DNA of 62,636 bases, counting the filler, from Rhabdomonas costata (lineage: Eukaryota): NCBI GenBank assembly GCA_019059605.1. It is 20 parts of 20 records of this genome, joined end to end, with 100 filler letters (N's around TTAATTAATTAA, not from the genome) between each part and the next. Parts side by side here need not be neighbours in the genome. Positions count along the whole stretch, not along the records: positions 1 to 3,028 come from JAHMHO010001517.1; positions 3,129 to 6,158 come from JAHMHO010001518.1; positions 6,259 to 9,285 come from JAHMHO010001519.1; positions 9,386 to 12,412 come from JAHMHO010001520.1; 16 more parts are not named here. The stretch is one strand, 5' to 3'. Position 1 is the first letter of the stretch. Every line of letters starts with the position of its first letter. This document shows positions 1-12,266 of the stretch, one piece after another. A model generated the notes under the pieces. The model saw only the letters and a list, made by a program, of their open reading frames with translations. It was not told the origin of the DNA and did not search any database. The position numbers and the translations under genes are program-made.

Positions 1-2
1 AA

Positions 3-3000
3 GAATAATCCAATATTTGCATTGTAAGTACATAATGTCATAATTGTTACTCCACTTATTGTTACTGCACTAAAAGTAGTTCCATTATCAAAACTTCTAT
101 AAGCACCATATGATCCACGACAGAATAACAATGTATTGCCGTTACAACAACAATTTTGAAAAGGAGAACCGTCTCCAACAAAACCAGCATTAGACCATGT
201 AATACCGTCAGAACTTTTTATAACTGCACTTGATCCTCCACCATAAAATGTAGTTCCATTGTACATGGCCCACATGACTCCACCAGTTGCATTTGTTCCT
301 ACAGTCCATGTAATACCATCATAACTGTATAACATTCCTCTTGGTGTTGGTGATAAGAATTTATCTTTTAGATAAACAATATTATCATATGCTATTGAAT
401 CAGATATTGGTACAATCGATGTGTAATTAGACGTTGTAGCTTTATTAAATATATATCCATCAGCACTGGTATAAACACTATCTGTAGTAAGAGCAACATA
501 CACATTATTACCATATGCTATTCTACTAAAGGCAACAGAACTATATAATAATGTCTTACTGGCTGGATTTGATGAGAAATAATAAAGACCACCGGTTGAA
601 CATAAACAGATGACCATCGTTTTATTTGCTTTAAGTACATCATTTGTACTTATATTTGATAAACTAACGTCTATCAAAGAACTGTGAACAAGATTTGTAT
701 TTGTCCATTTAGATGTTGTTGTATTATACATTAAAGTATTTGTAGATTGCAAGTTACTTGTAGATATATCACTGAGATAACTTGTACTTAATTGAGTCCA
801 AGATGGACTAGTTCCATTTGAAGTAAGAGCATAACCAGAAGTTTGAGAATTACTAGATGCTACAATAGTGCCACTATAATCAGGAGCAGTTAATGTTCTT
901 GTTTGACCACTTGATATTCCAGATAGTTGAAATTGTAATTTCTTAGTTCCATCAACATCATCTTTAATAAAGAAAATATTATCAGGAATTGTATCACTAT
1001 TAACCCATTTAGAAGCAGATGAAGAATAAACAAGTAAATTACCATCAGCAATAGAAGATAATGAAACATCCGAACATGAAGATACATTTGTTACTGGTGT
1101 TGAATTAATCCATTTTGTGCCAACATATTGTAATATTTGACCAGATGATGGAGAAGATAGAACAACATCATTTACAGAATATTGTAAAGAGATATTTGGT
1201 TTTGTTGTATTTAATAATAAAGTTGTATTTGCAATAATTCTAGTTACAATACTATTTGAATAAGGAATCATATATAGATATTTACCATCATAACCACCAG
1301 TTAAAAATCCTTTACTTAACGTATTAACAGTACTTGTATCAAAAGAAGAATATGAAGCTGGATTTGTGAATGGTAAAGTTGTATCATATTTACAGATAAA
1401 ACCGAAATCATATGTTCCATTACCTCGTGTATCAGGTTGACTTGTAATTAAATAGATATATCTTCCATCAAAAACAATATTGGCCCAGCCCATTACACCA
1501 ACACCAAAGTTTCCATATGTACTATAAACTGTATATGAACTTGATGATATAAAAGATAAAGTTGTATCATAACGAATGATTGTTCCATAATTAACTGAAG
1601 AAGCAAAATAAAGATATTTACCGTCAAATACACCATTTGAATAAGGACAAGATCCTCCATCAACTGTAAATGTTGTATATGAACTTGATGATGTAAATGA
1701 TAAAGTTGTATCATATCGAACAATATTATTATATGCATTGACTGAGAAATAAAGATATCGACCATCAAATACACCACCACAGAACTGTTTGTTACTTGCA
1801 TTTAAAGTTGTCATATCAAAGAAAGAATATGAACTTGAAGAAGTGAATGATAAACTTGTATCATAACGAGTGACTTGACCATTAGCATAAGGTATATAAT
1901 AGATATATTTTCCATCAAATAATGCACCACGGAAAGATGTACAATTTGTATTTACAGTTGTTGCATCAAAGATTTCATATGAACTTGCAGAAGTAAATGA
2001 TAAAGTTGTATTATATCTTGTCATATATCCATTGCTATTAGGTGCTACATATATGTATTTACCATCAAATACACCACCATAATAATTTTTACTATATGCA
2101 CTTAAAGTTGTAAGATCAAAACCGGAATATGAATTTGAATCAGAGAATGAAGAAGTTGTGTCATGTCTTACAAGTTGTTTACCATTATATGGAACAAAAT
2201 AGATATATCGTCCATCAAAAATACTGCCAGTAAAACCATTGCCATTTGTAGTTATACTTGATACAGTAGAAATATCAAATGATGATGTATTATCACTAGA
2301 AAGTGCAATATATGGTAAAGTAACGGATTGCCAAGTAGCAGATGATGAACTTGTTGCCATTAGAACTTGACCATTAGTTGGTGCCAAAGCAGATGAAATA
2401 TCAATATTTGATGTCGCAGATTTAAGAGAATTTGCCATTACATCATTTGATGAATCAACTAATTTTTTGTTAGTTAAAGTTTGAACATTAGTATCTCCAA
2501 CAAGGACACAAGAGGCATCAGGAACAGTTAAAATTCTTGTTTGACCACTTGTAATTTCTGATAATGACAGTTGTACTTTCTTAGTTTTATCTGTACTATT
2601 TTCTAAAGTAAATACAGTATCTAATAATGCACTTGAATTTATCCATTTACTAGAAGCAGAATCATAAATAAGTAATTGATTATTTGATACAGACGTGATA
2701 TTCACGTCACTTAAAGAAACACTTAACAATCCAGTTGTATTTTTCCATTTGCTCGTTGCATTATCATAAACGAGTAATTGATGATCTTGTGGAGACGTGA
2801 TTTTCACGTCTCCTAAAGAAACACTTAATAATCCGGATGTATTGATCCATTTATTAGATATAGAATCATAAATAAGTAATTGATGATTTAGCGGCGATGT
2901 AATCGCTACATCACCGATAGATACACTTAATAATCCTGTTGAATTAATCCATTTACTAGATGAATAATCATATACTAATAATTGTCGATCAGTTGGCGAA

Positions 3001-3026
3001 GTAATATTTACATCAGACAACAAAAC
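3..3026 (-). CDS. Large repeat-rich fibre/structural protein, probably viral (partial at both ends, 1008 codons, no introns)
   Basis: Hand translation of the minus frame gives no stop from 3026 to 3. It contains ~34-aa repeats (LSDVNITS..NQLLIYD...SKWIN), two TKK[VL]Q.LS.I.SGQTR.LT.PD motifs, seven [FY]DG[RK]Y[IL]Y repeats of ~50 aa, and Asp-box motifs (YSYDGITW, KSSDGITW, RSFDNGTTF). The contig is strongly AT-rich, unlike all others. Confidence 0.8.
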
Positions 3027-3028
3027 AC

Positions 3029-3128
3029 NNNNNNNNNNNNNNNNNNNNNNNNNNNNNNNNNNNNNNNNNNNNTTAATTAATTAANNNNNNNNNNNNNNNN
3101 NNNNNNNNNNNNNNNNNNNNNNNNNNNN
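3029..3128. other. Artificial contig spacer N44-TTAATTAATTAA-N44 (first of 19; others start at 6159, 9286, 12413, 15540, 18680, 21807, 24934, 28058, 31183, 34305, 37425, 40548, 43676, 46978, 50099, 53211, 56398, 59517)
   Basis: The same 100-nt block, with stop codons in all six frames, recurs about every 3.1 kb. Confidence 0.99.
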
Positions 3129-3438
3129 GACATTGCTGGCGAATCTGAGACGTGGAGAACTCATAACAACACATGTAGGTGGCCTTCAGCACTGCGTAGC
3201 TGTAGTTAAATCCATTCAGAAAGCAGTCGTCGGTCACCACCGCCACAGTCTTGCAGCAAGTTCGAGAAGTGCAACGCCAGTGCCAGGGCTTGGAGGCACA
3301 TATCATCATCGAAGAACCGTGGCAAGAATGGGGCCCATGCAGAAGACCAGCATCAACCAGATCGCGGACAATGGCCAATTCGTTGCCCTTGTAGCGAGCT
3401 CCGAGGTCGTCAAGAGTGAGATCAAGAAACCGTTCCAT
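3129..3438 (-). mobile_element. N-terminal Zn-ribbon region of a Merlin/IS1595 (ISXO2-like) DDE transposase, cut by the contig end
   Basis: LVDAGLL...SC.G..M......WRC..RTC.K.V....DCFL....AVLKATYM..YEFS.SQI matches the remembered pattern upstream of the DDE domain of eukaryotic ISXO2-like transposases. It is intronless. The catalytic domain is outside the contig. Confidence 0.6.
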
Positions 3439-5867
3439 TTTTAGCGTAGAGAAACGTGAACTTTACAGCGGGAAGATTTACCTGACCCACTTGTTTTTCG
3501 AGGCTTAACGCTTTTTGTGTGGATCATTTATTGCCTGATTTTTCTTCCGCGGAATCTGCACCAAATGCGCTGAAATGAATTCGTACACTTCAACTGCTAC
3601 CAGGTGTCACACTCCAACTAAACCGCTGGAATAACTAAGCGGATCTTACTTTTTTGGTGTCGTGCCTCTGAGTCCCGTTCAAGCTGGACTGTTCCATGAC
3701 ACTGTTGTTGTGACACTTAGAAAGTGGCTGATGTCTCTTGTTTTTTCTTGGGGACTCTTGGGTGGTGCTTTTGCGCCTTTGTGCTGGTGTAGCATTCCTG
3801 GTGGCGGGAGATGCCAATCACTTTTCGTTTTATCAAGCCACTTTCTGTGTACAAAGCTGTTGGTCATGGTGGTATTCGATACACTTGTGGCTTGCAAAGG
3901 CTGCTCTGGACACCGTGGGGTCTTGGTCGGCGATACATTTACTGCAAAGCAGAATCAAAGGCGAAGCGCTACCAAAAATGAATTAAAAAGCAACTCTTTT
4001 GATGAAATTCAGCACGAAACAGAATGACAAAAACCTAACAAAGTGACCGGTTGTTTTTCTCGTAGTTTTTGGCGTTGAAGTGCACTAAAGTATTTAGGAC
4101 AAAATACCCTTGCAAATACGCCTGACCAGTGAAAACTCTGGAGTAAGTTGGGAGTGCTGTTGATGTTTTTGCCAGCGTCACATTCCCTCACCGCATATTC
4201 CTTACTGTTTGTGCACCTGCTTTTCCACTCCGCGTTACATGCTTTCCGTGCAAACCTGTTTCCTTTGCATGTTATGCTTCGTAACGGCACATTGCCACTG
4301 TGTGGCCACAATGAGATGGAGTGAGACAGCTTTTATCAACTCAACAGTTACACAGAACATGTCCTTTTCGGTGAAGAACTTGCTGTTGTAAATTTCCAAT
4401 GATGGGCAGTCGCTTTTGGCGTGTGCATTTCTCAAAGGATGAGTGATCTATCTAACAAACAATGAATGGACCCTAACCGAAGTTTGCGCCTGACAAACCT
4501 TCACCTGACAGTACCGTACTCCACCTATCCCTTCTTATCGCTATTCTTTAGCCGCAAACGCCAAGGAAAAACTTTCTCAAAATTCTCCAGCGCGCTTGCT
4601 TTTTCAGTGGCCCGGACATCTGCGCTCGTGGCTTTACCAACACCATACTTTGCAGAAGAAGTGTGCTTTTAAACACACCTCAACGATGTTCGGCCGTGAG
4701 CGTATTGCGTTCAAAGAGGGTCTTAGTGTTAGGGTCGTTTGGGTCGCCATGCTTCTGGAGCACGCTTGGGTGTGGGCTGTGGCTTCTGACCGCGATTGCC
4801 GTGGCGGTCAACTGGGGCTTGGTTACTCGTGTTCGGAACCCTTTTGTCAACTGGGGCTCTGGTGTTGCCCGGTCTGGTTTATTTGCGGCGGTGGAAAAAG
4901 AATAACAGATAAGAATCCTTCTGGTGACGCTTTGCCGTTCGCCAATACCATGTTCAGCGGGAACGGGTTAGCCAGTGTTAATAGGGAGGGGGGAGGGTCT
5001 GCGCCATGCTCCTTTGCATTTTTCTCGTTTCTCTTTTACCCCCGCGGTATTTCAGGGTGGTTTTCTCACTGTGAGGACTGTGTTCAATTTGACCTGAAGG
5101 CTGGCGTAAATTGCCACGGAAGGCTGCAGTTCTTGACATCGTGGTGTTGAGGTTTGGATGATGGGCACAATGGGAAACAGCACCATATATGATGCAATGG
5201 GCGGAAAGAGTTTGCTTACCACACGGATACCTTTCCAAAGGGCCAATAGAGCCGAATTCCCGTCTAAATTATTGTCGGTACTTTGCGCTCCAATTTCTGG
5301 AATAAGGGCTTTTTCATTCAAAAAAAAGTTCCAACGGACCCTTCCAACTCCAACGCCCCCTCTCTTTCGTTCCATCTCTGCTACCGAATGTCCCTGCACC
5401 AATGAAACTGGAGGCGTAAAAAATGTCATTTTCGGGGAAAGTTCCTGAAACCTGTGTGATTCCAGTCTTTCTGACGCAGTGTGCCAAAAACTCAACAGAA
5501 GTCTTCGTCGGGGAAGAAAAAAGCCGGCACCAAACCAAACTTCAAGTGCAGAGTGATTTAAATTGTTTGGTTTTCTGGGTTTTGTCCGCATCGATGAAAT
5601 GAATACAGTCATACCTCAACCCCATTGCGGAACATGTGCCCTGTAAGGCTACGGACATCGCAGTCTGCAGTCGATTCACCATTGTATTGGCCTACCTTCC
5701 CCTGATCAGCAACTTCGCAAGCAAAGTCTAGAACGCAAAAATCAGGAATCACTCCCAACATTGGTCAGTACATGTGCCCTGGAAGGCCAAGGGCATGGCA
5801 GTCGGGGGCCTTTCCCGCTGTGTTGGTATACATTGCAGGACCACTCACATCAAAACAAAAATGGTAG

Positions 5868-6057
5868 GGTGTACTCGCGCTCCCTGGTGGCATCGCTGAC
5901 CCGCCAGAACCACACCGTGATGGTGGTGTGCGGGACGGTGGCCAGCAGCGAGGTCTCTGGCGGGACGACCCCTGAGCCGCCCAAGCAGGGCGACCAGGAA
6001 GGCAAGGAGGACGAGGAGGCAACCAACAAACCTCGCAACCCGGGCAACGCTCACCAG
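5868..6057 (+). CDS. Internal exon, possibly the N-terminal part of a GT-B (GT4-like) glycosyltransferase
   Basis: AG/GT-bounded, GC3-rich exon reading VYSRSLVASLTRQNHTVMVVCG, which resembles the first helix and 'GH.V.VV' strand of GT4 enzymes, followed by an acidic linker. Confidence 0.4.
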
Positions 6058-7148
6058 GTGATCGTGCGGGCGGGGGATGAGCGAAGTAGTTCGGGTGGTT
6101 GGTTTGTGTGTGTCGGTCCTGCAATGTATACCAACACAGCGGGAAAGGCCCCCAACCCNNNNNNNNNNNNNNNNNNNNNNNNNNNNNNNNNNNNNNNNNN
6201 NNTTAATTAATTAANNNNNNNNNNNNNNNNNNNNNNNNNNNNNNNNNNNNNNNNNNNNTGTGTTTTTTCTTCACGGGGCTAAAGGAAATTGCGTAATGTA
6301 AAGCGTGGTCTCATCCGGTATCTCAGAAGCACTCCGGTTCGCAATGTTATAATCTCGATCCGGTCAATTTGCTCGGGAACACGCAGGTAGGAACTCCTCT
6401 CTTCCATTGATGGATGAACATAAGCGGTGCGCTCCAACCCAGCATGGCCGACTTTCTTCTCCGTGCGGAACCCTGAATTGAGCTGCATCGGTATCGCAGC
6501 CATTGGACAGCGTGCGCCTGGGAATGACATCCTCTCATCACGTTTCCTGACCAGTTGACTTCTTTGGTGCCATTTTTTGGTACCATGCTTGAGTACGTAG
6601 CCCGGGCAGCCAGACCTCTTTCGCGCTGCATGCTGCATGCAAGGGCTGAAGGAAGAGGATTTTTCAAAAACGGCTCTTCTTAGCACGCGTGGAGGCTGGT
6701 GGGTTTCCTTTGCAAGCGATCTGATTGCTATTACTTAAGCGTCATTTCCCCCTTCTGCAAGGAAAAATCATTTGCAAACGTCACCTTTTCCGTGGCACCT
6801 TTGTGTCCTTCTCAAAGTTTATATTTTTTATTTGTTCTTTGCGTCGGCTTAACTTCCGAACCACCAAACAGAAAATCGGCCTGGGACGGGATGCTCACAT
6901 TTCATCGTCTCCCCGCCTCTTTTTCGCAAATGTGCTTGGGGATATTCGGGATAACCAGTGGTCAGACTATAGTAACCGCAGTCCCACTGACTGCTGTTGT
7001 GGCAACTGGTATGAAGGTATTGCAAGGCGAGGTGCTGCGCTCTATGGAGTTGAACATATTTGGAGGGTAGGCAATCTCTTTCACCCAGCAGTTTTCGGTG
7101 CTTTTTTGTTTTTATGCTTCTAGCTCGGTCTAGCTTGCAGCGACTACA

Positions 7149-8711
7149 ATGCAAATACCTTCTTCCTTGGCGTCTGAAGCCGCAATCGTCCCGTTTGGTG
7201 CCACCTTGTCGAGGGCCTCCTTCTCTTCCTTTGGGGAGCCGCCTCTGAGTGAGCCTACGGTGCGGTGCTGCCAAACCCTTAGGCGCGTGGTGTCGATCCG
7301 AGTGCTTCTGTTTGTGGCCTTTCTGCTGCTGATGACGGTCAGTGGGTTCCTGGGGTACTACCTGACGTACCTCCAGGGTCAGAAGTCGTTGCAAGACATG
7401 GCGCAGCTGAGCATGTCGGAGGCCGCGGGGCGGGTGAACATTCTGGTGCGGAGCAAGGTCGACCTGGGGCACCAGCTGAACCTCATGGGTGGGCATGTTT
7501 TTCCTCTTTAATCTCACCTGGCTCAGGGGCGTTACGCACCTAAACTGTCCGACTATACTACCGTCAGGATTATTCTTTGACTTAGGGACAGTTGTGTCTG
7601 TTTGTGTATGTTCGTGTTTGTGTATGTTTTAGAGTGCACCGTCCTAATACGGTTTTTAAATTCCGGGGGGCCACAATCCGCCGTATCATACTACCCTGTG
7701 CCTACACTGAGTTCACAAGTCCCCTTGGGTCGTTGTTAGAGATTGGCTGACTAACGTCTGCTTCCACAGGAGCTCTCTCGGACATCCCTTCTTACTCTCA
7801 CAGAGAGCAATACCTTCTTCCACAAGAAGGTTCTCATGAATAACTTCCTTGTTGCCTACTTCGAGTGGCTTCCGTTTACCACGGAGGCTCTACTGAGCGT
7901 TCGTGACACGTTCGCAGCTTCTTTGCTGGCTTGGATGCCAGATCAAGGACTGGCGATAAGTCCTCTTGGGTCTTGGTTGACCGCGTCCAACTTCAACAAA
8001 ACCGTCTGCAATGACACTGTCCACTTTCCCGGAAGTAATTGCTCCGTTTTCGGCAAAGAGAGTTACCCTTTGGACAGCAACTGCAAGCCGATGTGGAGGT
8101 ATCCGATTTTCGTCAATCGGCCAGACAGCCAGAACATAACCTTCTGGAGGACCGGCGCGATGGCCCGCAGCAAAGGCTGGCGCTCCTCTGCCGCAAACCG
8201 GTTCAATCCAGGATACGCTGACATCTTCCCCACTCCTACGCTGCCCGCTTTCCTCATCCTGCAATGCAATGTGGCGGTGATCGATGAAAATGGGCAGTGT
8301 GTGGGGCAGCTGGGGAAGGACCTGCCCCTGGACTTCCTGAACAAGTTCCTGCTTCAGCTGGTGAGCACGGACGCGATGCTTGGGGATGGGGGGCGAGCCT
8401 TCGTGTTCGAGTCTCGGGGCGGACTTTTGGTGGGGGCCTCGCACGGTGAGGTGTACTTGGAGCAGCCCTGCAGCAGCTGCAGCTTGGGAGTCTCAGTGAT
8501 TCGGTACCGGGCAGACCAGAGCCCCGACGCCGTGGTGGCTGCCGCGGGGCAGTCGCTGCTGGGCTCCTCCATCAATGGTCAGTTCACTGCACCGAACTTC
8601 CACTTCAGGCAGGGTGACTCGAGCTACTTCCACTTCGGGCAAGCCCTGTCGGACAACCTTGGGCTTTCCTGGCAGACCAGCGTTGTAATGTCGGAGACGA
8701 CTTTGTTTCGG
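7149..8711 (+). CDS. Receptor-type membrane protein with N-terminal TM helix and extracellular dCache-like domain (2 exons, 3' partial)
   Basis: Exon 1 from ATG 7149 has SIRVLLFVAFLLLMTVSGFLGYYLTY. Exon 2 (starts 7770 or 7804, ends 8711 at CGG|gt) has GQLGKDLPLDFLNKFL..GRAFVFESRGGLLVGAS..GLSWQTSVVM, typical of Cache domains of receptor cyclases or kinases. The exact first junction is ambiguous. Confidence 0.65.
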
Positions 8712-10599
8712 GTTTGTTTCTTTCCTGCCATATTTATTCTTTCTCTCTCACCAATTGGGGTCGATGACTGTAATGCCCCATTATTGGCATGATACACGGT
8801 GGTGAAGGAATATTTTCTCTCGTAATTACCTTGGGACCTTGGGCCGCGTAGCGCATCGGAGAGAGACATCACCGAAAAACTTCAGAGGACACGTGCATCG
8901 CCGCCTAATCCCCTGCATAATATTGCCCGCGCCACCTTAAAAGAGAAAATTTTTTTGAGATGTAATCTGAAGGAGAGTTTTTACCTTGCAAGCGATATTT
9001 CCTGGGGAAAGTCTGCTGTGGAATTTGTTGAAATGTTGCACTTGAACCTCTTTGTTGGTGGGAATAGGGTCATTCGCAAACGGCGCACTGAAAAGACTAT
9101 CTAGTGACATGACACGCGACTTATCGGCTTTTCGGACAAAAAAATGATCTTACTGAGTATCATTTCTTCTCATCTTTGGGTTCCGTAGTCAGTTTTTGCA
9201 GAGTTATCGTTTCAGCTATAAGTTTCACTTTTGACATGACCCGCCCATATCAGATATCTTTGATCATTTTTTAGGACACCAACCCNNNNNNNNNNNNNNN
9301 NNNNNNNNNNNNNNNNNNNNNNNNNNNNNTTAATTAATTAANNNNNNNNNNNNNNNNNNNNNNNNNNNNNNNNNNNNNNNNNNNNGGGGTTTGGTTTCGG
9401 TTCACTTCGATTTTAGGGTTTGGGGGACCTCCGTGTGGGATTAATGCAACTCGTGTGCGTGTGCGTGTGCGTGTGTGTGTGTGACAAAGTTTGCCCTTTT
9501 TGTTGTGATTTTCCGTGGTCTTTTCCTCGCGGAAAAGAGCAGAACAGTGTGTGTGTGTGCGTGCGTGTGTGGGTTGATGCATTGGGATGGGATCTGCTCA
9601 TCAGCTCGTTGTGCGGTGTACTCCTTTTCCGGAGGGGGGGGGACTGAGACTGTACCCCTCATCAGGGGAGTGGTGAACCCGCACAGCTTTCACGCCGACA
9701 CTGGCCTCGCGGCCACCCGCGACACCTCCATTAATACGGTCCACTGTTACTCTCCCGGGCGGGTCACCTCCTTCTTGACGACTTGGAAGACCTCCGGGAT
9801 CCTCGTTCTCTCCTGCGGCGGTTGTCTAGCGTGGGGCAATGGGCAGGTTCTGCGCTTGGTTCTCGCTTCCACTTCCGTCCAGAATGAAATCGGGGAAATG
9901 CTTCATCTGCCCGAAGGCCGACTCCGGGGTCTGCGCCGGTGGGGATATTTCTTCTTGATCTCGTGTGGTCTACCACATATCTGTAAATTGACCGTCACCG
10001 CGCCTTTCTCGGTACTTCGTGATTGCGCTTGAAACGCTGGCACTGACCACCGACAATTCAAACCATGGCTTGCATCGTGAGTCAGGCCCCGCGTGCACGA
10101 AATCCGGGTTCAACTCCCATCTTTTCTGTTCTCCTGTTTCCAAAGCTTGAGAATCCAAAAGAACCTGAACCTTATGCTGTGCACAGCGAGAGAACTGAGA
10201 AATGCTATATCAGTCAGCGGGATGCAGCACCAGCGCTTTTTTGTGTGGGTCGGGCTGCTTTCAGCGCTTTTGAAGTACAGTGCTGTGGTTTGGCACGACA
10301 ACCGCTCTGTAGGTCCTCTGATTAACTAAAGAAGCAACTACCGCTGTATGCACTTCCCTCTCGCCGAGGCTGCAGCCACAGCGTCTGCAACAGGATTCGG
10401 AAGAACAGAAGCACCGAAAGGCGACATGTCCTTGTTAACCCATGCGGTTAAGCACGCGCAACACCAACAGGCCAGAAAGCTCCCTTCAGAGTTTCCATTC
10501 TGCCGCGCTGATGTATTAAGCGTGGCTAGAGGTGGCTCTGTCAAGGGTGGGTGGAGCCCAGCACATGGGTAAAAATGGTCATTGGGACCGAGAGCAGCG

Positions 10600-12266
10600 C
10601 TATCGGTTGAAGCCGATACCTCGAGTTTCCAGAAGCTGTGTGGCATGCTGCCGCACCGCAGCGTCCACCACCTTGAAAATTAAATTGCAGCCCTGCAGCG
10701 CCGCGTCGAACACCTGCGGAAAAGGAGAAAGGGCCAGACCCACACAGATCGCCAACAGGCCAACAGGCGACGGCCATAACGCTGCTTCTGAATCCAGAAA
10801 TCAAGAAGGGTCCAAACAAAAAGCAGACTACGCACATGGAAGCTTCATGAATATAGAGGCGTGACGGTTCTTTGGAGCTAGTTGTCATCAAAAATCTCGG
10901 CGATATGCTAAGACAGCATGCAGATCTTCAACAAATGCAATTCCGGCCGGCAGCTGGAAGTAACCTGATCAAACAGAGTAAGGCCAATTTTGGAGTCCAT
11001 GTGCAGCAGGGCGACGCTCTGTGTCCGCGCACAGATCGCCACGGGAAGCTCCGGTCCTGTGCGAGCAGCAGAAATAGCACTGGTATTCCGCTGCAGTAAA
11101 ACGCTGGCAGAGGTGTGTTATCGAAATCGAACAGGTTGCTAAAACAGGTGCCAACAACCTCTATTCCGGAATTCAAGAAAACACTGGTTCTTTATAGGTC
11201 ACCCGCACGCAAAATGCCGCATAAACCACTGCCTCCTTAGAGCAAAATACAAAAACACCAACCAAAACAACAAGCAAGACAAGTTGCAAACCTCCAGCCT
11301 CGCTTTCGATTTGACACAGATCTATGAAGAAAACGAATAAAGTCGGAGGCATCCTCCACATCCTCCACGATTCACTCGCAGGACAGGACAGGACACGACC
11401 GTTTGGTGCACATTTTTCATTTGATCTCGTGCCCAAAGCCGGGCAGCGGAGCACACAACACCGATCGGGGCTGTACCCGAAAATGCAAGGGAAGTCCTAA
11501 ATATCTCGAAAACTGAGGTGGTACACCGTGAAAGTGAAGGACACATTTGCGTGCTTCTGCTTCTCTTACTGCTTGCTTGCTTCACACGAGAATCCCAGCC
11601 TCCCGAGGCTCAAACAAAGAATCCGAGAAACGAGAGCAGTTCCTCAACAGCCACTTTGGTGCACAAAAAGACGTACTTTGTTGGCAGCCTTCCAGGCGGC
11701 TGGCCAGATTGACCCCATCCCCAGCACGGATGCTTTCGACCCTTTCTGCAGCACATTGTTTAGTTTAACTTTTTGTTTGGCGCCCGCCCCCCGCCCCAAT
11801 TCGTTGCCTGCGATGTGCGAAAACCTTAGTCACTATGAACGCTGGATTGACGCCTTCTGTTTTGCCGTGGACGTGCTTTCTGTGCTGCTCTCTCTTGTGC
11901 TAGCGGGAAGAAAACAAAAGGAAGCCCCAGTCTCCAAAAATTCGGAACCTTCGCTGAAAACGAGCGTCGAATTTTCGACCCTAAGTAAGTAAGGACTGAC
12001 TGTCGCTTCGACAATCGTTGCATCGGCCAAAAATTCTGTTATTTTGCATTTAATTTATTACTTTAATTCAATTTATTATTACTTATTCAGAGACAAAGCA
12101 GCGCGGCACATCACAGAAGAGGCAAGGAAGGGAAGCAGGCGCAAACCCACGAGGGCGGTGCCATCAATGAAGCCCGCGGTGGAGGCCACGAGGTAGTCCC
12201 GCATCGGAATCCCCGCGTCGACCAGCGCCAGAGTGGTAGCATTGATGCAGGCGGGAAAGGTGCTCC
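10600..12266 (-). CDS. RRP41: Exosome complex component RRP41 (3' part; exons 12266-12147, 11321-11292, 11056-10965, 10713-10600)
   Basis: Spliced protein GSTFPACINATTLALVDAGIPMRDYLVASTAGFIDGTALVDLCQIESEAGGPELPVAICARTQSVALLHMDSKIGLTLFDQVFDAALQGCNLIFKVVDAAVRQH...; RNase PH C-terminal motifs; all GT-AG phases are consistent. Confidence 0.92.

Noticed and set aside
890-1801. Track ORFs 890-1087 and 1493-1801
   Set aside because: They are off-frame shadows of the 1008-codon frame on the same strand.
3073-3084. TTAATTAATTAA recurring every ~3.1 kb, resembling a regular array
   Set aside because: It is an artificial six-frame stop linker inside N runs.
5804-6153. Perfect 39-bp inverted repeat (5804-5842 and 6115-6153) flanking an exon, suggesting an invertible or mobile exon
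   Set aside because: One arm runs into the contig end, it is identical, and the inner junction shows microhomology. This is typical of a fold-back amplification chimera.
9596-9970. Minus-strand frame with one in-frame TAG (another at ~41475), hinting at stop-codon reassignment
   Set aside because: Neither peptide has recognisable homology, the conserved genes have no in-frame stops, and TAG, TAA and TGA each end a reconstructed gene.
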